A DNA stretch of 64,000 nt. Origin: Balanoglossus misakiensis. Its lineage: Eukaryota > Animalia > Hemichordata. A model generated the notes under the pieces. It saw only the letters and a list, made by a program, of their open reading frames with translations, made no database searches and had not been told where the DNA came from. A program made the position numbers and the translations under genes. Where the stretch lies: positions 6,123,519 through 6,187,518 of the forward strand of contig CM082578.2 in the NCBI GenBank assembly GCA_040954595.2, in the 5' to 3' direction. Below, piece by piece: positions 52,601 to 61,600 of the stretch (position 1 is its first letter; every line of letters begins with the position of its first letter).

Positions 52601-55600
52601 CGAGACTTGGACAGCACAAACATGGAGTACATTCAGTTCACAATCAAATTTGGTTGTTCAACAATCCACACCGAGCACGTCGATTGCTCCAAGGCCATTT
52701 TAGTTCAGTACTCCAACAACGGTGGCATCATCTGGCATTTGTTGGAGGAAATAATGTACCAATCAAACAAAGACGAACCGGTTCCAATCAACATCCAACT
52801 GCCTCTTGCTGCCAAGATGAACTCAACAAGATTCCGACTTTGGCAAGCCAAGAATTCGGGTAGGGCTTTCATTGTGATAAAATTAAAAGATGGCGGTTCC
52901 TGTCTTAATAATACCTTTCAAATACAAAGTACTAGACGTGTAAACTTTTCCAGTGTGGTTTGGTCACTATAAAGCATCATTTCAGTATTTGTTATTCAGA
53001 GTTTTGTATTGAAAGATTCTACCGGTACATGTAAAGTTATGATTATTATTACACTGTAATTTTTGTTTTGATGCCAAAAAATTCAAAATAACCTTGATCA
53101 TAGGGTAAACTTTGAGGCATGTCAACCACTGGTATTTGCACTAGCAATTCGAAGTAATTTATTTTCTTGTTCATTGGAGAATTGTCACTTAGTGTCGGTT
53201 ACCATCATTGGCCGCTGGGCATGGGTAATTAAGCCTTCAGAATTCCATCGACCAATCAAGAGCTGTCTTTGTGAATCTTATTTATCGATCCATATTCTAC
53301 TGATAATTTTGCACAGGGGTGGGCAAGGAAACATGGGCCATCGATGACATCATCTTTGGAGGAAACAGTAAACAGGGGAACATCATCGACGAAGATTTCG
53401 ACGAGGGCCCAACAGATTCAGACTGGCTGTTTTTCCCTGGAAGCCATTTTGGACCATTCTGTCCACCAAGGAATCCAACTGTTACTGATGTATTCAACAA
53501 CAGGGGACACAGGTAGGCATACATTAGTACATGTAGTGCCCTTCACCAATAAGATCATGTTATTTGCATCACTAATATATTGGGATAATAAATTTTTATG
53601 ACAATGAATTATTTTATTGTTTTCTCCAAAATAATGGGTATCGGCCAATACTGGGGAGAAAATTTCCATAGTGTCTGATTGACTGACCACTAATTGACTT
53701 CATCTTCTTGTCACAGATTGATGATGTCTCTTCAGAACCATGTCTTTCTTGGCTATTTTCTGTTTACTAATTATGAGTGCATATACATGTTTGTGTTTGT
53801 TTCATTCAGCTATGACAGAACAGCCCTGACATTTGGTGAAAGGACTGGAGAGCATTCAGTGACGAGCAGAGACATTCACGTCAATGAGAACTCAGTTCTG
53901 CAGTTTGAAGTGAGTACCACAAATGATTTGTGCAGAATGATTTTTGACATTTAACCTGCTAATCCGACTCAAGAAAACCAGGGGTGTCCCACTACATGTA
54001 CATTTCTGTTGCCAAATTAATATACCCTTAGCAATTTAGTTGCCACCTGTGTGATTGGGTTGGTGAATACATTGTATCTTGACTAAATATGCAAATGTAA
54101 ACATAGTTTTTGCTTGAGTGTTGTAGTACCCATTTGAAAAATTCAGGGCGAGTCAGACATTATTGCTAATACCTTTGCAATTACTTTAAACCATCTCACC
54201 TAACCAGATCAATGTTGGATGCAGCGAGCAAGGCTCGTCAGAGAATGCCATCTACCTGGAGTTCTCTCAAGACTACGGGGCCACTTGGAAGTTGCTGCAG
54301 CCTCTGTGCATCGGAGCTCAGAAGGTCAACACTATGTGTGGCAGCCAGATGAGTCCAGCCAGCATTTACTACAGAGGTGCCACAGACGCCTGGCAGAGAT
54401 TCACTATACCGCTGGACAGGCTTCACATCTGTGGGTAAGCTGTGGCTTTGGAGAACAAAATTATGTAATGAAAAAGACAATAAAGTTCATCAAATGTACA
54501 TAAATGTCTTTAAAATCATCATCTTTTCAATTTTTAGTGTAATTGTACCGTTAGCAAACACATTGTCAGTGTTTCGAAATTTAGTATTACCGTAACTTAT
54601 AACCTTTTTTTCTGTGTTTTGTTTTATTTCCATTCAGAAATGTCCGTTTCCGCTGGTACCAAGGTGTCTACAAGAAAACTGAGACATCCATACCCTGGGC
54701 CATTGACAATGTCTACCTTGGTCCCAAGTGTCCCGACCACTGCAGTGGACATGGTTGGTGCGATGGCAGCCAAATTTGTCAGTGTGACTTGGGATATACC
54801 GGACCAAACTGTTACGCTATCCGCAACCATCCCCGGTTCCTTAAAGAGACATTTGAAAGTGAGTGTTTTTGATTGGGATTTGGGTGTTTGTATTCTTGTC
54901 AAGGGGTGCATTGGGATGATGAGGTTGGGATGGGTTCATGGGGAAATTGATCATATGAATACAGGTGTGTGATAATTAGCTTGGAGGGTTGGTATTTGGG
55001 TATAGGGCAGGTCATGGTGGGGGTTGGTTGAGATGAGGGGCTGTTGGGTAAAGATGAGATCGGGATGGGTTGGGATGATTGCCTTCATGAATATGCTTTC
55101 ATACAGTGACACAGGTCAAACATTTTGCTTTCAATAAATACAAACATATACACAGAAGTTGTTGACCACAGAGTGACATGGTATTGATGTAAATATGTTA
55201 TACTTTTGAACTCATCTTCTTTCACATGATTTTTAAAATAAAGTCAGTGTAGAAACAGATGAATTTGGCAACAGTTTGGGCAATTGATCATTTTAATGTC
55301 ACAGGTGACGAAGTCAACTCCAAGAAGTTCCTCCAGTGGGGTGGTGGTGTGATCACAGACAAGTGTGGAACTCTCATTACGGGCAAAAGTCTGCATTTCG
55401 TGGATGATGGTCTGAGAATGTTGGTCACCACCGATATGGATTTGACAACTACAAGGTGGGATTCTCTTCTCATACATGTACATTTTTTTTTGCTTGTTCG
55501 TTCACCACATCTCATTTGACGAGATGTACCCAGAATGCAATGCTGGATGCCTGCATCATTCTTAAATCCTTGATTTGATCTGTGTTGATCCGGGAACTTT

Positions 55601-58600
55601 TTTTCATCCTGATGAAATTCTCTCACATTTCAGAATTTTTACACCATGGTTACCTTTTGTATTTTACTGAAGATACAATAACCATTACACCACAGATCTA
55701 AAAATCAACATATTTCTGACATTCTCAGCACACGATAGCACATTTCTCAGTTGCTGTTTTCTGTCCTTCTGGCTTCAGCTCTCTGCACTTTTACATCAAA
55801 CTGGGCTGTACATCGAAGCCTCCCAGCTCCAAGAACCATCCGGTGCTGCTGCAGTTCTCGGTCAACGGCGGATTGGCGTGGAGCACTATGGAGGAACTGC
55901 ACTTCATGCACGACACAAACGCACCCTCGTACATCGCGGTCGAGCTGCCCTGGGATGCGCGAACAAATTCGACTCGCATACGATGGTGGCAGCCATCTGA
56001 CGATGGCACGTTCTTGGACGAGTGGGCACTCGATCAGGTGAATTCCAGTGCTCTTTCTCAGTCTTTAATACAAGCCAGTGATAGCTGTTTGAAACAACTT
56101 TTTGGGCCAACTGCTTTTGCCTGAAAAGAAGAACAGTTGACAGACCCAGTGAGAATAATGCTTCCTCCCTCAATACTAAAATGTTCTATAGAGTTCTATA
56201 GCATTTTCTAGATACTTAGAGAAAATTCAATAAAGGGTCCAAAACTGCATAGAAATATATAGATGTCCACAAAAATGTTATATTCTTCTATAGATATTCA
56301 ATAGGTATAGAATTCTATAGATGTCTATAGAATGTTTTTGCAGGGGTTGAAAGAAGTTCTGAATAAGTATTACATAATTCATAATTCACACTAAATCTGT
56401 GATGATAAAAATCCTTGAATGTAATTTTTGTCATAAGTTTCAACAGCTGGCAATGTCAGTATTTTTTTAAATACAAGGTGATAAGTCCAGCTAACAACAG
56501 GTTAATGCTATATACCGGTGTATACACTTTATGATGTGGTTATTAAGATCTTAATCTTCACTACCATCCCTCCTCGTCTCCATAGATTTTTGTCGGAGGT
56601 GATGTCCATGGCCAGATGGTGCTGGAAGATGACTTCACTGCATCCATGCAGCAAGACAGCAATGGCATCTCCACAGCCCACGACAGCAACTGGATGCTGT
56701 ATCCGGGCAGCAGAGTGCAACAGGTTTGCGGCTCTCGCGTCAACGCTCTGCACTTCACCGGCAACGACCTGATGCGGTACGCCGTCACGGCCGACGTCAT
56801 GGTCACCGAGTTCACTTTCCTGCAGTTTGATTTGGCCATGGGGTGCACTCAGAGCGAGCTGTGCTACAGTACGTATTGTGGGAAACGGTTACCTGTAGAT
56901 TTTATCATTATTTAAAAATATGTGAATTGGTATATTTTGCACACTTCTGTGTCCTAAAGATTTAATCCATTGATTCACAATAAATTGGTGTGAACTCTTA
57001 GGCTAGCATTGCCTACCATTCTTACGTTATAAAGCGAACCCATCATGTAAAACACTTGCTGCTTTATGTTCCCAGATCATAATCAGAATACGTGTATATG
57101 GCAATAATGTACTAAGTGACCTGTACTCAAAAAGTTAAAAGCAACACCAATCTCTCTTTCAGATTGTGCATAGTACACGTGTATGGCAGGGCAGTTGTCA
57201 CATATGTAGAATAGTTTGAATGGCACTGGTCACAAATAATGTCACAGTTTCTGCTCAGCAGTATGTCTAAGATTTAAATAACATGGTGAATACATATAGA
57301 AAACAGGTAGTCCATAACTGCCACTGTTGTAAGAAAGATGTAACCTAGGAATTGACCAGCATGAGGCTGTGCAATGTCGCGATAAACCAAGATGTGACAT
57401 TTTTTTCAAAAGAATTTTGTTTGATATGAACCAGCCAACCATTCCAGTCTCAGCAACAGACCCCCTTTCTTTCCTTGCAGATATAAACCTGGAGTACTCT
57501 GTTGATATGGGCAAAAAATGGCGCATGTTGCTAGATGATTGTTTGCCGTTGAATGTGGATTGCATGGAATACCATACTCGTAGTGTCTTCACAGCTGATG
57601 TTTACAACGGATGGAATAGAGTTATCATACCACTGCCACCATACACCAGGCAAGGATATGTCAATCCAGTATAAGCAATGGCTACCCCCCCCCCCCTCCA
57701 TCCCGAGAATATCAATGTGTTCTAATCAGTTCTGGTTGTTGAATTAAGTTTATATCCTGTATACTGGTCAATTTTTCCCTGATTTTTAGCCAATGATAAA
57801 TACAAATTTTAAACTGTAATATTCTTTCACATTAACATTCCCAAGTACAGTGCAAAGTAAATTAATTTAAATGGATCATTTACATGGATGGTGTTTGTGG
57901 GGAAGATTAAAAAAAATATTTCCTTGGGAAAGGACAGTCAATGTTGAAGATGACACACAGGAATTGGTTTTCAAAAAGGTTCAAATTTTAAGTTTTATGA
58001 GGCTAGAATTTTACTCCAAATCTATATTTAGTTTCACAGAACAAATCACAGTGGACAGTCTAGAGTCAGAATTGTCTTCAGTTCTTACAACGTATTAATT
58101 GCCACAAATTAATCTGACAATTAACCTTTCTGTGTGTACCATAGATCCAAGGGAACTCGCTTCCGATGGAGCCAGCCACCTGGATTTGAACCTGCCCACT
58201 CCTGGGCTATTCGTTATATCTACATTGGTGACGAGTGTGTGAATATGTGTTCTGGCCACGGCAGATGTGATGTTGGACTGTGCACGTAAGTGTCATTCTT
58301 GCTACAGAAATTGGTGAATTCCAGTGTAAGGTCTGGCCTGAATTTTTGATAATTCACATAGTGGTTTGAAATTCTGCCGATATACTATTTGCTTATAGTA
58401 TACAAAATGGTAAAAAAAGGTAATGATTCAGTCAACCATGGTGATAAAATCAACATGACCATAATTTCCATTTTTTTGAAAAATTTTGGTCTGTGGGAAG
58501 AAAATAAAATTTTCTTGTAATCAAGGTCTACTGCTAAATCACATGTCGCAGGAAAGATTGGCAATCTATTGATTTGATTTGCGTAGATGTGAAGATGGCT

Positions 58601-61600
58601 GGGGAGGTGACATCTGTGATATTCCCCTGAAGCCTTTACCCAAGAATCTGCGAGACAAATTTGAGCAGCAACCTGGTGAGGACAGCACGGACTGGTTGAA
58701 AGTCAACGGCGGAGTTGTGTCTGATGTGTGTGGAGCGTTGTCCTCGGGGAAAGCCCTGCACTTCAATGGGGTGAGTATACTTGGTCCTCTTTGTGCCAAT
58801 GCTGAATGTTGTTAAAGGTATACGGTCACCTATGCAAATATAGCTACAGTTACCATGGCAAATTGAGATGTAGCCAATCACAGATTTTCAGTGGGTGGCA
58901 CACACGAAAAAACGAGCGTCACCATACGTTCTTTAGAGCATACAAATGCGCCATTTGTGACATATATGGATGTATGTAAATTGGTGGTGAACATATACCT
59001 TTAACTGTGTTGTCAACTCTCATTTACTTGCATCCAGTGACAGTTACAGGAAAAATCACTGTGAAATTTTGAAAATGTCCATTGGTTATTTTGGTCTGAA
59101 TAGCCAAACCATAATTTTTCCAAGTGGATTAATTATGTACATTGGAAATAAAAGTTCTGTCTAATAGTCCTGCATGCTCCTGATATTTATGTAGTTTTAC
59201 TTTAAGTTTGAAGAAAGTATTACATGCAATGCTATTTTAAATTCTTTTTCATTATTCCTTCATCCTGCTATCTTCAGTATTTTATCTTTATTTTTTATTT
59301 TTCCCTCCTTTCTTTGGTTTTTAGGCATGTAACAGGCAATTAGTGTCGACAGATTTAGACCTCTCAGAAGTTGAGCATCTCCAGTTCTACTTCATGTATG
59401 GTTGCCAGAGTGCCCCTAGCAACCGTAACCAGGGCGTGTTTGTGGAATTTTCCACTAATGGTGGCATATCTTGGCATCACCTGACAGAGCTGTTCTACGA
59501 CCAGTACACCGCACCAAGGTGAATGAGCCAGGAGGGCATATAACCCTTTCACCCCCATTTCTCTGTTCAGAGGTCCAGCATCTCCATTAAGAACAATTAA
59601 GGAGTTGGAACAAACCTTGTCTCCTTTGCCAACTCCTGCCGCATTTTCTGTATGTTGATAATGGTACATGTACTTGAAGCTTGGATTGTATTAGTTGGCA
59701 AGCAACGTGTTGCTATGACAATTAATAAACAAATTCTTGTGAGTGCTCACAGTGCATGAGTGAAAAAATCATCATTTCCATCAGTAATTCTAAAGTTGCA
59801 GATAATCTCAAATGTTTTGAAAGTTTGCAGAGTGAAATTACACATCAAAGAAGTCTATAACCATTTACCACTAGACCTTGGACAGACGATGAACATGATT
59901 GCAAACCCTCACTTTCTGTCTTTACAGCTTTGTCTCCGTCAAACTACCGGCCGCAGCCAGATACAGCGGGGCCAGAATCCGCTGGTGGCAACCGAAGCAC
60001 TCGGGACAGGGAGAGAGTGACTGGGCCATCGACAATGTTCTCTTGGCCGGCTCCAGGACTCTCCCCAGATCGCTCAAAGATCAGTTCGACAGCGACGAAG
60101 TACACCCACACTGGTTGTACACCGATAACACGGGGCTGGGTAGTTACTGTCAGTTGCCGGCCGATTTGCGTTCCGGAGGCTACACCGACGTGCTCCGGCA
60201 ACTGAAGGGAATAGACGGGAACGCACCGAAGGCACCGTCCATGGTTGGCATCCCGGACATGGATGAAAATGTCTCCATAGTAACTGAGGATCTGTTGCTG
60301 CTGCCAGGTTCAGTACTCCAGTTCAAGGTTGGTTGATGTTAAAAAATAACCTCACAAAGTTTGAAGATAAACTGCCTCTACCTTTACCTCACAATACATA
60401 CCGGTACTTGCTACCAATGATCCCGTGAAATTTTCCGTGCTGGTCTTGGTTGTTAGATGTGTAATAACAAGAAGATCATTGTAAAGGCCAGAATCACTGA
60501 AATGCATATACATTAACTTGCAGTTGAATGACTTAATCTACAGTAACCCACAAATTTCCCCATTGAGTGATGTTGTTGACAGCTAAATGTGTCAACATGT
60601 TCCAGAAAGCCAAACAACATACTGGTACTGTCTAAACTGACACAAAAGCATATGACACTATGAAAATATATCTGATATGAAGCATATATAACAAAAAATA
60701 AAGTCAAAAGTTACGACAAAGTTGCTATAAACACATACAAACACAATTGGATGCAGTTTTACATATTCTTCCAGGGCTCGAAATTCGTTTTTTTTCTTGG
60801 TAGCCTCAGTGGGCTACCATTTTCTAAAGTTGGTAGCCCAAGAGCAATAGCTGGTAGTCCACATAATACAATGATAAATCAATGTACATTGTATACTGCT
60901 ACAAGTACGGTAGTAGGTCTATATCTGTTTGAGAACGTTGGTAAATTTTTAATATACATACTGCTATGGTGAACAATTATATTGTTGATTGACACGTGTC
61001 AAAATGCACACGAGTCCGCGGCCGGTTGAACCCAGTGTTTTCTCCAGGATGTTGAGAGAAGGGGGAATGTCCCCCCTTAGTCCAAAATTAAGGGGGATTT
61101 GGTCGAAGTAAATGTCACGAATGACAATTTTGAACGTTAACTTACTAACTGCCTTCATTCCATATTAAAAACAGTATTAGTAAATTACAACATTTTACAT
61201 GTGAACTTGACAACAAATTAACAGTTACAGTTTTTTCTTCTTAAAATCAGTAGGTTTTGCAGAGGAAGACACCAACTTGCATAACTTTCAGGGCATGTAA
61301 TTTAAAAAAAGCCTGGAGAGCTGAAAATAACTCTCCTGAAATTAATTACACAAGTGGTAGGAGAGTGACTAACTGCTCCCCTGGCAAGGAGATTGAAATG
61401 AATAAAATAAATGCAACTGCAAAAACAATAGTGTCTTTCTTTAAAGGTATACGGTCACCTATACAAATTTAGCCACAGTTACCATGGTAAATCGAGATCT
61501 AACCAATCACAGATTTTCAGTGGGTGGCACACGCGAAAATAAAGCGTTCTTTAGAACACTCAAATACGCCATTTCAACTATATATGGCGATATGTAAATT

